In this document: positions 44,401 through 56,708 of the stretch, in pieces
Position numbering within the stretch: position 1 is the stretch's first letter
Layout of the letters: the number at the start of each line of letters is the position of its first letter
Assembly: GCA_964016885.1 (NCBI GenBank)
Contig: CAXHJY010001327.1
Location: 277,421-341,420, forward strand
Reading direction: 5' to 3'
Length of the DNA stretch: 64,000 nt
From: Eledone cirrhosa
Lineage: Eukaryota
Program-made: the position numbers and the translations under genes
The notes under the pieces: model-generated
What the model was told of the DNA's origin: nothing
Databases searched by the model: none
The model's input: the letters and a program-made list of their open reading frames with translations, nothing else

Positions 44401-47400
44401 TGACTGTTACAATGAAATATAAAACTAGTAATGACTGTTACAATGAAATATAGAACTAGTAATGACTGTTTCAATGAAATATAGAACTAGTAATGACTGT
44501 TACAATGAAATATAGAACTAGTAATGACTGTTACATTGAAATATAAAACTAGTAATGGCTGTTACAATGAAATATAGAACTAGTAATGAGTGTTACAATG
44601 AAATATAAAACTAGTAATGACTGTCACAATGAAATATAGTACTAAAAATGACTGTTACAATGAATATAAAACTAGTAATGACTGTTACCATGAATATAAA
44701 ACTAGTAATGACTTACCATGAACATAAAACTAGTAATGACTGTTACAATGAAATATAGTACTAGAAATGACTGTTACAAGGAATATAAAACTAGTAATGA
44801 CTGTTACAATGAAATATAAAACTAATAATGACTGTTACAATGAAATATAAAACATGCAATGACTGTTTCAATGAAAAATAGAACTAGTAATGACTGTTAC
44901 AATGAAATATAGAACTGGTAATGACTGTTACACTGAAATATACAACTAGTAATGACTGTTTCAATGAAATATGGTACTAGTAATAACTGTTATAATGAAA
45001 TATAAAACTAGTAATGACTGTTACAATGAATATAAAACTAGTAATGACTGTTACAATGAAAAATAAAAATTGTAATGACTGTTACAATGAAATATAGAAC
45101 TAGTAATGACTGTTACAATGAATATAAAACTAGTAATGACTGTTACAAGGAATATAAAACTAGTAATGACTGTTATAATGAAATATAGAACTATTAATGA
45201 CTGTTACAATGAAATATAGAACTAGTAATGACTGTTACAATGAAATATAGAACTAGTAATGACTGTTACAATGAAATATAAAACTAGTAATGACTGTTAC
45301 AATGAAATAATGAACTAGTAATGACTGTTACAATGAAATATAGTACTAGTAATGACTGTTACAATGAATATAAAACTAGTAATGACTGTTACCATGAATA
45401 TAAAACTAGTAATGACTGTTACCATGAATATAAAACTAGTAATGACTGTTACCATGAATATAAAACTAGTAATGACTGTTACCATGAATATAAAACTAGT
45501 AATGACTGTTACCATGAATATAAAACTAGTAATGACTGTTACAATGAAATATAGTTCTAGTAATGACTGTTACAATGAAATATAGTTCTAGTAATGACTG
45601 TTACAATGAAATATAAAACTGGTAATGACTGTTACAATGAAATATAGAACTGGTAATGACTGTTACAATGAAATATAGAAGTAGTATTGACTGTGACAAT
45701 GAAATATAGAACTAGTAATGACCGTTACAATGAATATAAAACTAGTAATGACTGTTACAATGAATATAAAACTAGTAATGACTATTACAATGAATATAAA
45801 ACTAGTAATGACTGTTATAATGAAATATAGAACTAGTAATGACTGTTACAATGAAATATAGAACTAGTAATGACTGTTACAATGAAAAATGAACTAGTAA
45901 TGACTGTTACAATGAAATATAAAACTAGAAATGACTGTTACAATGAATATAAAACTAGTAATGACTGTTACCATGAATATAAAACTAGTAATGACTGTTA
46001 CCATGAATATAAAACTAGTAATGACTGTTACAATGAAATATAGTTCTAGTAATGACTGTTACAATGAAATATAGTTCTAGTATTGACTGTTACAATGAAA
46101 TATAGAACTGGTAATGACTGTTACAATGAAATATAGTACTAGTATTGACAGTGACAATGAAATATAGAATTAGTAATGACTGTTACAATGAAATATAAAA
46201 CTGGTAATGACTGTTACAATGAAATATAGAACTGGTAATGACTGTTACAATGAAATATAGAAGTAGTATTGACTGTGACAATGAAATATAGAACTAGTAA
46301 TGACCGTTACAATGAATATAAAACTAGTAATGACTGTTACAATGAATATAAAACTAGTAATGACTATTACAATGAATATAAAACTAGTAATGACTGTTAT
46401 AATGAAATATAGAACTAGTAATGACTGTTACAATGAAATATAGAACTAGTAATGACTGTTACAATGAAAAATGAACTAGTAATGACTGTTACAATGAAAT
46501 ATAAAACTAGAAATGACTGTTACAATGAATATAAAACTAGTAATGACTGTTACCATGAATATAAAACTAGTAATGACTGTTACCATGAATATAAAACTAG
46601 TAATGACTGTTACAATGAAATATAGTTCTAGTAATGACTGTTACAATGAAATATAGTTCTAGTATTGACTGTTACAATGAAATATAGAACTGGTAATGAC
46701 TGTTACAATGAAATATAGTACTAGTATTGACAGTGACAATGAAATATAGAATTAGTAATGACTGTTACAATGAAATATAAAACTGGTAATGACTGTTACA
46801 ATGAAATATAGAACTAGTAATGACTGTTACAATGAAATATAGAACTAGTAATGACTGTTACATTGAAATATAAAACTAGTAATGACATAATACAATATAG
46901 TACTAGTAATGACTGTTACAATGAATATAAAACTAGTAATGACTGTTACAATGAAATATAGAACTAGTAATGACTGTTACAATGAAATATTGAACTAGTA
47001 ATGACTGTTACAATGAAATATTGAACTAGTAATGACTGTTACAATGAAATATTGAACTAGTAATGACTGTTACAATGAATATAAAACTAGTAATGACTGT
47101 TACAATGAATATAAAACTAGTAATGACTGTTACAATGAATATAAAACTAGTAATGACTGTTACAATGAATATAAAACTAGTAATGACTGTTACAATGAAT
47201 ATAAAACTAGTAATGACTGTTATAATGAATATAAAACTAGTAATGACTGTTCCAATGAAATATAAAACTAGTAATGACTTAATGAAATATAAAACTAGTA
47301 ACGACTGTTACAATGAAATATAGTACTAGTAATGACTGTTACAATGTATATAAAACTAGTAATGACTGTTACAATGAAATATAGAACTAGTAATGACTGT

Positions 47401-48422
47401 TACAATGAAATATAGAACTAGTAATGACTGTTACAATGAAATATAGAACTAGTAATGACTGTTACAATGAAATATAGAACTAGTAATGACTGTTACAATG
47501 AATATAAAACTAGTAATGACCGTTACCATGAATATAAAACTAGTAATGACTTACCATGAATATAAAACTAGTAATGACTGTTACAATGAAATATAGTTCT
47601 AGTAATGACTGTTACAATGAAATATAGTTCTAGTAATGACTGTTACAATGAAATATAGAACTGGTAATGACTGTTACAATGAAATATAGAACTAGTAATG
47701 ACTGTTACGATGAAATATAGAATTAGTATTGACCGTGACAATGAAACATAGAATTAGTAATGACTGTCACAATGAAATATAGTTCTAGTAATGACTGTTA
47801 CAATGAAACAGAACTAGTAATGACTGTTACAATGAAATATAGAACTAGTAATGACTTACCATGAATATAAAACTAGTAATGACTGTTACAATGAAATATA
47901 GAACTAGTATTGACTGTGACAATGAAATATAGTATTAGTAATGACTGTCACAATGAAATATAGTTCTAGTAATGACTGTTACAATGAAATATAGAACTAG
48001 TAATGACTGTAACAATGAAATATAGAACTAGTAATGATTGTTACAATGAAATATAAAACTAGTAATGACTGTTACAATGAAATATAGAACTAGTAATGAC
48101 TGTTACAATGAAATATATAACTAGTAATGACTGTTACAAAGAAATATAGAATTAGTAATGACTGTCACAATGAAATATAAAACTAGTAATGACTTACAAT
48201 GAAATATAGAACTAGTAATGACTGTTACAATGAAATATAGAACTAGTAATGACCGTTACAATGAAATATAGAACTAGTAATGACTGTTTCAATGAAATAT
48301 AGAACTAGTAATGACTGTTTCAATGAAATATAGAACTAGTAATGACTGTTACAATGAACATAAAACTAGTAATGACTGTTACAATGAAATATAGAACTAG
48401 TAATGACTGTTACAATGAAATA
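29405..48422. repeat. 30/31-bp satellite, right block (more diverged, local duplications)
   Basis: Same monomer. Marker runs repeat at 3117 bp (30873/33990, 32160/35277), 1287 bp (30873/32160) and ~582 bp (45681/46263). Interrupted by a SINE at 38318. Confidence 0.99.
38318..38504 (-). mobile_element. tRNA-derived SINE with Nin/Deu-like central domain, inserted in the satellite
   Basis: Minus strand shows an A box (TGGCAGTATCGG), a B box (GAGTTCAAATCC) and the body GACTTTGCCTTTCATCCTTACGGGGTCGATAAAATAAAGTACCAG. 14-bp TSD TAATGACTTATAAT at 38304-38317 and 38505-38518. Confidence 0.92.
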
Positions 48423-48733
48423 TAGAACTAGTAATGACTATATCTTATGTTAGTATCATATAGAACTAGTAATGACTATATCTTATGTTAGTCAGTATCA
48501 TATAGAACTAGTAATGACTATATCTTATGTTAGTATCATATAGAACTAGTAATGACTATATCTTATGTTAGTATCATATAAAACTAGTAATGACTATATC
48601 TTATGTTAGTATCATATAGAACTAGTAATGACTATATCTTATGTTAGTCAGTATTATATAGAACTAGTAATGACTATCTTATGTTAGTATCATATAGAAC
48701 TAGTAATGACTGTATCTTGTTAGTCAGCATCAA
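48423..48733. repeat. Transitional 36-42-bp tandem array, 8 units
   Basis: Unit TAGAACTAGTAATGACTATATCTTATGTTAGT(CAGT)ATCATA starting at 48423, 48461, 48503, 48541, 48579, 48617, 48659 and 48695. Its first 17 nt are identical to part of the 31-mer. Confidence 0.95.
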
Positions 48734-48756
48734 CAACAAAAGTATAAATGGGTTGA

Positions 48757-51454
48757 TAGAACACCTGGGTACAAGAGGAGTGTGGTAGAACACCTGGGTA
48801 AAAGAGGGGTGTGGTAGAACACCTGGGTACAAGAGGAGTGTGGTAGAACAGCTGGGTACAAGAGGGGTGTGGTAGAACAGCTGGGTACAAGAGGGGTGTG
48901 GTAGAACAGCTGGGTACAAGAGGAGTGTGGTAGAACACCTGGGTACAAGAGGGGTATGGTAGAACACCTGGGTACAAGAGGAGTGTGGTAGAACACCTGG
49001 GTACAAGAGGGGTGTGGTAGAACACCTGGGTACAAGAGGAGTATGGTAGAACAGCTGGGTACAAGACGGGTGTGGTAGAACACCTGGGTACAAGAGGAGT
49101 ATGGTAGAACAGCTGGGTACAAGAGGGGTATGGTAGAACACCTGGGTACAAGAGGGGTGTGGTAGAACAGCTGGGTACAAGAGGGGTGTGGTAGAACAGT
49201 TGGGTACAAGAGGGGTATGATAGAACACCTGGGTACAAGAGGGGTATGATAGAACACCTGGGTACAAGAAGGGTGTGGTAGAACACCTGGGTACAAGAGG
49301 GGTGTGGTAGAACAGCTGGGTACAAGAGGGGTGTGGTAGAACAGCTGGGTACAAGAGGGGTGTGGTAGAACAGCTGGGTACAAGAGGGGTGTGGTAGAAC
49401 AGCTGGGTACAAGAGGAGTGTGGTAGAACACCTGGGTACAAGAGGGGTGTGGTAGAACAGCTGGGTACAAGAGGGGTGTGGTAGAACACCTGGGTACAAG
49501 AGGGGTGTGGTAGAACAGCTGGGTACAAGAGGGGTGTGGTAGAACACCTGGGTACAAGAGGGGTATGGTAGAACAGCTGGGTACAAGAGGGGTGTGGTAG
49601 AACACCTGACAACAAGAGGGGTGTGGTAGAACACCTGACAACAAGAGGGGTGTGGTAGAACACCTGGGTACAAGAGGGGTGTGGTAGAACAGCTGGGTAC
49701 AAGAGGGGTGTGGTAGAACAGCTGGGTACAAGAGGAGTGTGGTAGAACACCTGAGTACAAGAGGGGTGTGGTAGAACAGCTGGGTACAAGAGGAGTGTGG
49801 TAGAACACCTGGGTACAAGAGGGGTGTGGTAGAGAGCTGGGTACAAGAGGGGTATGGTAGAGAGCTGGGTACAAGAGGGGTATGGTAGAACAGTTGGGTA
49901 CAAGAGGGGTATGATAGAACACCTGGGTACAAGAGGGGTGTGGTAGAACACCTGGGTACAAGAGGGGTGTGGTAGAACACCTGGGTACAAGAGGGGTGTG
50001 GTAGAACAGCTGGGTACAAGAGGGGTATGGTAGAACAGCTGGGTACAAGAGGAGTATGGTAGAACACCTGGGTACAAGAGGGGTGTGGTAGAACACCTGG
50101 GTACAAGAGGGGTGTGGTAGAACAGCTGGGTACAAGAGGGGTGTGGTAGAACACCTGGGTACAAGAGGGGTGTGGTAGAACAGCTGGGTACAAGAGGGGT
50201 GTGGTAGAACACCTGGGTACAAGAGGGGTGTGGTAGAACACCTGGGTACAAGAGGGGTGTGGTAGAACAGCTGGGTACAAGAGGGGTGTGGTAGAACAGC
50301 TGGGTACAAGAGGGGTGTGGTAGAACAGCTGGGTACAAGAGGGGTGTGGTAGAACAGCTGGGTACAAGAGGGGTATGGTAGAACAGCTGGGTACAAGAGG
50401 GGTATGGTAGAACACCTGGGTACAAGAGGGGTGTGGTAGAACAGCTGGGTACAAGAGGGGTGTGGTAGAACAGCTGGGTACAAGAGGGGTGTGGTAGAAC
50501 AGCTGGGTACAAGAGGGGTGTGGTAGAACACCTGGGTACAAGAGGGGTGTGGTAGAACACCTGGGTACAAGAGGGGTGTGGTTGAACAGCTGGGTACAAG
50601 AGGGGTGTGGTAGAACACCTGGGTACAAGAGGGGTGTGGTAGAACAGCTGGGTACAAGAGGGTGTGGTAGAACAGCTGGGTACAAGAGGGGTGTGGTAGA
50701 ACAGCTGGGTACAAGAGGGGTGTGGTAGAACACCTGGGTACAAGAGGGGTGTGGTAGAACACCTGACAACAAGAGGGGTGTGGTAGAACACCTGGGTACA
50801 AGAGGGGTGTGGTAGAACAGCTGGGTACAAGAGGGGTGTAGTAGAACACCTGGGTACAAGAGGGTGTGGTAGAACACCTGGGTACAAGAGGGGTGTGGTA
50901 GAACAGCTGGGGACAAGAGGGGTGTGGTAGAACAGCTGGGGACAAGAGGGGTGTGGTAGAACACCTGGGGACAAGAGGGGTGTGGTAGAACAGCTGGGGA
51001 CAAGAGGGGTGTGGTAGAACACCTGGGGACAAGGTGTGTGGTAGAACACCTGGGGACAAGAGGGGTGTGGTAGAACACCTGGGGACAAGAGGGGTGTGGT
51101 AGAACACCTGGGGACAAGAGGGGTGTGGTAGAACACCTGGGGACAAGAGGGGTGTGGTAGAACAGCTGGGTACAAGAGGGGTGTGGTAGAACACCTGGGT
51201 ACAAGAGGGGTGTCGTAGAACACCTGGGGACAAGAGGGGTGTGGTAGAACACCTGGGGACAAGAGGGGTGTGGTAGAACACCTGGGGACAAGAGGGGTGT
51301 GGTAGAACAGCTGGGTACAAGAGGGGTGTGGTAGAACAGCTGGGGACAAGAGGGGTGTGGTAGAACACCTGGGGACAAGAGGGGTGTGGTAGAACAGCTG
51401 GAGACAAGAGGGGTGTGGTAGAACAGCTGGGGACAAGAGGGGTGTGGTAGAACA
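48757..51454. repeat. G-rich 29-bp minisatellite, ~93 copies
   Basis: Unit TAGAACA(C/G)CTGGG(T/G)ACAAGAGGGGTGTGG. It explains the three ~900-aa minus-strand ORFs. Confidence 0.98.
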
Positions 51455-51510
51455 AGAAAGACTTATCAGTCAGTTTATATTTACTATATATATGTGACTC
51501 CCTACTCTCT

Positions 51511-51594
51511 CAGTTCAAATCCTATCACAGTCAACTTTGCCTTTCATCCTTTCGAGGTCAATAAAAAAAGTACCAGTCATGTACTGGGGTTGAT
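51511..51594 (+). mobile_element. Older fragment of the same SINE superfamily (B box plus central domain)
   Basis: CAGTTCAAATCC...GTCAACTTTGCCTTTCATCCTTTCGAGGTCAATAAAAAAAGTACCAG...CTGGGG matches the body of the SINEs at 38318 and 52957. Confidence 0.75.
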
Positions 51595-51974
51595 TCTTCC
51601 TCTATATCTCTTTCTCATTTCCTCTCTCTCACTTTCTATCTTTCTCTGGAAGAAATCTGTTGTATTCAGACCTGGAGAGGGATGGGCTCCACCATACTTA
51701 AAATACTCGAGAAGCACTGTATATCAATACAGCGCCCCTACCACTATCAGGAGTTACAGGACCACACATATGTGTGGTAAATAAATATACATTAGGTACA
51801 CAATGGAACCAAATTACCAATGTCACTGCCTCCGTCTCTCCCCATCTCATCCCCATCTCACACTATTATAAGAAATGGGAGCCCATGTGCTGGCTGGCCC
51901 TGGCAGACAGAATAGAGAAGGCGTTTCCCCAGAGGATGGTAAGGGAGATGGGTTGGAAGAGTCAACATTGTTAC

Positions 51975-52144
51975 TAAAGAATGCAACAAGGTTTCGTTTG
52001 TTGAGGTCAGTTTCTACCACTTTTTTTCATGTCTTCTTTGGTCTCCTTCTTCCGTAGGTTTTAGCCACTTCTTTATACACATCCATTCTACCACACTCTT
52101 CCTCATCATTTTACACCTGCTTTATCATGCTTGCATGGGTTCGA
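51975..52144 (-). mobile_element. Decayed RTE fragments (ORF C-terminus and 3' tail)
   Basis: Minus strand reads GRRRPKKT*KKVVETDLNKRNL (compare GRPKMTWDEVIKADL). 52103-52144 resembles the RTE terminus (tcatcatttt...catgcttgcatgggtt). Confidence 0.5.
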
Positions 52145-52317
52145 CACACACACACATATTCAGTACTCTCTTCTGCTAACTATTATTCTCGCTTTCTGTA
52201 CACACTGAAACTCTTAGCTGTCACCAGCACCACTGCCTTACAGCAGTCCCCACCACCTCTACCACATTCACACCATCAACAAAATGTCTAACTTCAACAA
52301 ATTTTTTAAAAATCACT

Positions 52318-52367
52318 TCACCTTGAAATCCTTCCTGCACCAAGCTTGAAAAATTTCTGTTCAGAAT
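52318..52367 (-). CDS. GTSF1: GTSF1-like gene, probable coding exon 4 (DSEQKFFKLGAGRISR then TGA, or spliced at AG|GTGAAG)
   Basis: Strong acceptor AATTTTATTTCAG, phase-1 compatible with exon 3. The frame is open to TGA at 52318-52320, which overlaps a possible donor. Confidence 0.6.
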
Positions 52368-52956
52368 CTGAAATAAAATTATTTAAATATAGATATAGAC
52401 GTTAAATGATGATGATGATGTGTTATGCATTTTCTTTGCTGCATTTTAATAAATGCACAGCCAAAGAACACAGCTCACAAAAACAAGATGGTATAAATTA
52501 GAACAAAAAGAGAAAGTAACAGCAAGTAGTCACTGAGGAGGCCACAGAATGTGTGATAAAAGACCTTTGATGACAATCAACAACTAAACAACCATCCAGT
52601 TATTAAACAAACCAACTGGGAAATTATAATAATAAATTGAAGTAAAACCCAACAGGTGTGTGTGTGTGCGTATGTTTTTATTGGCAGTATGACCTACCAT
52701 TTCCATACTAGCAATGGTTGGACATGTCATCACAGAGTAGTTAGTACTCAAGCAGAGCTTTTAACCTCAAGGAGTCTGGGAGGGCCTGACATGATTCCTT
52801 GCATTTTATTGTGGTACCAGCACTCAGGAAGTTGTTATGTCTCTGACATAGCAGAAGAGTTTTGCCAACACTTTGTTTTCTATGGCTGGATACCTTTCCT
52901 ACCACCATCCATTTTACAGAGTATACTGTGTGTATGTGCACATATATATATATAAT

Positions 52957-53139
52957 TGTTTCTACTTTAGGCACAAGGCCAGCAATTACCCAGTGCATTA
53001 CTGGTACTTTATTTTATCGACCCCGTAAGGATGAAAGGCAAAGTCAACCTCGGCGGGATTTGAACTCAGATCGTTAAGGGACGTAACTATGCTGGAAAGC
53101 ATGGCGTCCGACCCTCTACCGATACTGCCAATCCACCGC
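52957..53139 (-). mobile_element. tRNA-derived SINE, near-identical to the copy at 38318
   Basis: About 3 substitutions relative to the satellite copy by eye. Probable TSD ATATATAAT at 52948-52956 and 53140-53148. Lies in a GTSF1 intron. Confidence 0.92.
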
Positions 53140-53155
53140 ATATATAATAAATATA

Positions 53156-53260
53156 CACAATAGTTACCTTAGTCCTAAGAAGCAGCAATAACCACAATAC
53201 TCTATACACAGACACAATAGTTACCTCAGTCCCAAGAAGCAGCAATAACCACAACACTAT
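53156..53260. repeat. Two-copy local duplication (~57-bp period)
   Basis: CACAATAGTTACCT(T/C)AGTCC(T/C)AAGAAGCAGCAATAACCACAA occurs twice. Confidence 0.8.
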
Positions 53261-53303
53261 GTAGAGAGGCAATAGATACTCTGTATATAAAGATGGTACT
53301 TAC

Positions 53304-53405
53304 CAGCTTCCCAATCTTCCTCCCTGTTTAACTCAAAGCTTGCATCAGGTACATCAAGATTGCCTGAAGGGAGATCATCAGTGTCTTTATTTTGTTGAAG
53401 GCAGG
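53304..53405 (-). CDS. GTSF1: GTSF1-like gene, coding exon 3 (ACLQQNKDTDDLPSGNLDVPDASFELNREEDWEA)
   Basis: Acceptor CTTTCAG, donor G|GTAAGT, 102 nt phase 1 to phase 1, no stops. The acidic EEDW motif resembles the Trp-containing PIWI-binding central region of GTSF1. Confidence 0.85.
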
Positions 53406-53428
53406 CTGAAAGTTAGAGAGAAAATCAT

Positions 53429-53970
53429 TTAAAGGATCATTTCAATTTATGTTGACTGAAATAAAAAATATAAATTGGTCCCCCATTGGTTTCAACAAAG
53501 AGCTGTCTCGTTATTCAACCAACAGTCGGACCTACTCATTAAATTCATATTTAAGAGGCTGAGTTTTCTACAGACATATGTACCCTTAACCCTTTAGCAT
53601 TTAAACCAGCCATATCCAGCCAGAATTCTCTCACCTCTTTTTGTTCAAACCAGCTGTAACTGGCCACTCATACTGATGTTAAGGTATTGTTCTCAAAATA
53701 AATAACATCAAAATCTCTTATATTAGATATTATGCAAGATAATTATGTAAGATAAAGCGTTTACCGTGAAAATATAATAGTATATATAGAGTAATGTAAA
53801 TTATAAGGGTTAAAGGAGGATTCCAATTTATGTTGACTGGAATAAAAAATATAAATTGGTCCACCATTGGTTTCAACAAAGAGCTGTCCAGTTATTCAAC
53901 CAACAATAGGACCTACTCATTAAATTCATATTTCAGAGGCTGAGTTTTCTACAGACATATGTACCTTTAA
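53429..53970. repeat. 161-bp direct duplication (53429-53589 and 53810-53970) flanking a MITE
   Basis: Both units run TTAAAGG...AATTTATGTTGACTG...CTACAGACATATGTACC(C/T)TTAA, with scattered substitutions. Confidence 0.9.
53590..53809. mobile_element. piggyBac-type MITE
   Basis: TTAA|CCCTTTAGCATTTA ... TAAATTATAAGGG|TTAA. The interior matches the copy at 57989-58193. Confidence 0.85.
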
Positions 53971-54079
53971 GGTAATTCTCAAGAAGATTCGGCAATGGAC
54001 AATGTGCGACAAAATTGTCCATTTGAATAACAGGCACATGTCAATCTGACAGGCCATTGTTCCAGTGATAGGCTTCCAG

Positions 54080-54250
54080 ATCATCCCTGATTTCCAGGTC
54101 TTACAAGGACGCCCTCTTCCTCATCTACCATGGACCACAATCCTGGTATCCACCCACTACTACAATTCACATGTCCAAACCAACGCAGTGTGCGTGATCT
54201 TAAAACAGGGTCAAGTGCTGGTATCGTTAATTTTTGATAGAGAGATGCCA
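54080..54250 (-). mobile_element. Old decayed RTE ORF C-terminal remnant
   Basis: Minus strand reads VLRSRTLRWFGHV, followed in another frame by GRPCKTW. Confidence 0.6.
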
Positions 54251-54500
54251 TGTAGACTGTCTGAGATTGGGGAGGTGGGATGGGGTATGAATAAAGTACA
54301 AGTCCAGTACTAATGTCAATTGTTCCTGTCACTCCATCTTGTATTATCTCTGTTACAAATAAAATGTGAGTAGGGAAGGGCTTTACCAGGTTTTAAATAG
54401 CCCAAGATATGTCACAAGTTACCCCTCTGTCAAGAGTTGAATACCCAAGGAAAGGTTGTGGATCAAATAAGAACAATACTACATGTAATTTAATACTTAC

Positions 54501-54627
54501 CATATTTTAAATCTTGATCAAGCATGGCTTTATCTGGACATAGGACCAAGTGATACCGAAATTCTGGCTCAGGTATCCGATGTTTATTATTAAAGGGGCA
54601 AACTCGAGTTTTTTTCAATGGAAAATT
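54501..54627 (-). CDS. GTSF1: GTSF1-like gene, coding exon 2, second CHHC zinc finger (NFPLKKTRVCPFNNKHRIPEPEFRYHLVLCPDKAMLDQDLKY)
   Basis: Acceptor TTTTTTGTTTCTAG, donor G|GTAAGT, 127 nt phase 0 to phase 1. C-P-F-x3-H-x9-H-x3-C fits the U11-48K CHHC finger. Confidence 0.93.
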
Positions 54628-54855
54628 CTAGAAACAAAAAAATAAAAGCTAGTGTTTTTAATAGTCACACATCTTGTTCTTAGTTGAGGCTAACTCTAAT
54701 CCAGTGGAAAATTGTTCTCTATTAAAACTTTCAACCAACAATAGTATAAATCCCTGATGGGCTTCCATACAGTTTACATCCACCAAATTTCACTCACAAG
54801 CCTTTAATTCTTTTTTAATCAGAAACTAAGAGTTAGGAGATTTAAAGCTGCAGTA

Positions 54856-54963
<108 letters not shown>

Positions 54964-55031
54964 ATATGTGTGTGCACATATTTGTAATGGAATGGTAAAA
55001 CTTGAAAAAAGTGAAACATTCATTTCAAAGA

Positions 55032-56360
55032 CAATGGAGACTTCTGCTGACCTTGGCCCTAGGACCACCTCCCTACTCACCACCATCAGCACCCCTGAGC
55101 AGTGGAGACTTCTAGTGTCCTTGGCCCTAGGACCACCTCCCTACTCCCCACCATCAGCACTCCTTAGCAGTGGAGGTTCTGGTGTCCTTGGCCCTAGGAC
55201 CACCTCCCTACTCACCACCATCAGCACCTTGTAACAGTGGAGACTTCTGGTGTCCTTGGCCCTAGGACCACCTCCCTACTCACCACCATCAGCACCCCTG
55301 AGGAGTGGAGACTTCTTGTGACCTTGGCCCCAGGACCACCTCTCTACTCCCCACCATCAGCACTCCTTAGCAGTGGAGACTTCTGGTGTCCTTGGCCCAC
55401 CTCCCTACTCACCACCATCAGCACCCCTTAGCAGTGGAGACTTCTGGTGTCCTTGGCCCTAGGACCACCTCCCTACTCACCACCATCAGCACCTTGTAAC
55501 AGTGGAGACTTCTGGTGTCCTTGGCCCTAGGACCACCTCCCTACTCACCACCATCAGCACCTTGTAACAGTGGAGACTTCTGGTGTCCTTGGCCCTAGGA
55601 CCACCTCCCTACTCACCACCATCAGCACCCCTTAGCAGTGGAGACTTCTGGTGTCCTTGGCCCTAGGACCACCTCCCTACTCACCACCATCAGCACCTTG
55701 TAACAGTGGAGACTTCTGGTGTCCTTGGCCCTAGGACCACCTCCCTACTCACCACCATCAGTACCTTGTAACAGTGGAGACTTCTGGTGTCCTTGGCCCT
55801 AGGACCACCTCCCTACTCACCACCATCAGCACCTTGTAACAGTGGAGACTTCTGGTGTCCTTGGCCCTAGGACCACCTCCCTACTCACCACCATCAGTAC
55901 CTTGTAACAGTGGAGACTTCTGGTGTCCTTGGCCCTAGGACCACCTCCCTACTCACCACCATCGGTACCTTGTAACAGTGGAGACTTCTGGTGTCCTTGG
56001 CCCTAGGACCACCTCCCTACTCACCACCATCGGTACCTTGTAACAGTGGAGACTTCTGGTGTCCTTGGCCCTAGGACCACCTCCCTACTCACCACCATCA
56101 GTACCTTGTAACAGTGGAGACTTCTGGTGTCCTTGGCCCTAGGACCACCTCCCTACTCACCACCATCAGCACTCCTTAGCAGTGGAGACTTCTGGTGTCC
56201 TTGGCCCTAGGACCACCTCCCTACTCACCACCATCAGTACCCCTGAGCAGTGGAGACTTCTGGTGTCCTTGGCCCACCTCCCTACTCACTACCATCAGCA
56301 CCCCTGAGCAGTGGAGACTTCTGGTGTCCTTGGCCCAACTCCCAACTTACCACCATCGGT
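55032..56360. repeat. 68-bp minisatellite, ~19-20 copies, intronic
   Basis: Unit CAGTGGAGACTTCTGGTGTCCTTGGCCCTAGGACCACCTCCCTACTCACCACCATCAGCACCTTGTAA (e.g. 55500 and 55568). Some units lack CCTAGGA. Confidence 0.97.
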
Positions 56361-56708
56361 ACAGAGTTGGCGACCTGCAAGTATGAACCTCGCCAACTGG
56401 AATGTCTCTCTCACCATCCTCCAAGAAAAGGCTTTCTCTATTCTGTCCGCTGGGGTTGCTGGGCAGCCAGCACGTGGGACCCCATTTGTTTATAATAGTA
56501 AGAGATGTGGGGGGGGGGGCAATGAGACGGAGGCAGTGAGTGAAAGAGGGAGGACATCAACACTTATTTATACAAATAGCTTTCCCATGATTCAACAGCA
56601 GACACCGACATCCCATTTTTTACAGATCTTCAATATCATTACTTGCAAATTATTTTATTTATGCACTTATTTAGATAGCCCTTATAACTCCAAAAGATTT
56701 GTACTTAC

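Noticed and set aside
1047-47323. Short ORFs such as (SNDCYNEYKT)n and (MTVTMNIKLV)n
   Set aside because: They arise wherever several 30-bp monomers are adjacent; 31-bp monomers shift the frame into stops.
1-48422. CRISPR array (30-31-bp repeats with internal dyad symmetry)
   Set aside because: Units are head-to-tail with no unique spacers, there are no cas genes, and the context is eukaryotic (spliceosomal introns, SINEs, LINEs).
1-48422. Hammerhead-containing satellite like newt satellite 2 or schistosome Sm-alpha
   Set aside because: The monomer has GAAA but no CTGANGA box on either strand.
48757-51454. Telomeric repeat
   Set aside because: No (TTAGGG)n is present; the unit is 29 bp and the array is internal.
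48674-51455. Three ~900-aa Pro/Cys/His-rich ORFs
   Set aside because: All three minus-strand frames are open because the 29-mer has no stop on that strand. The unit is not a multiple of 3, indels are tolerated and the peptides are permutations of each other.
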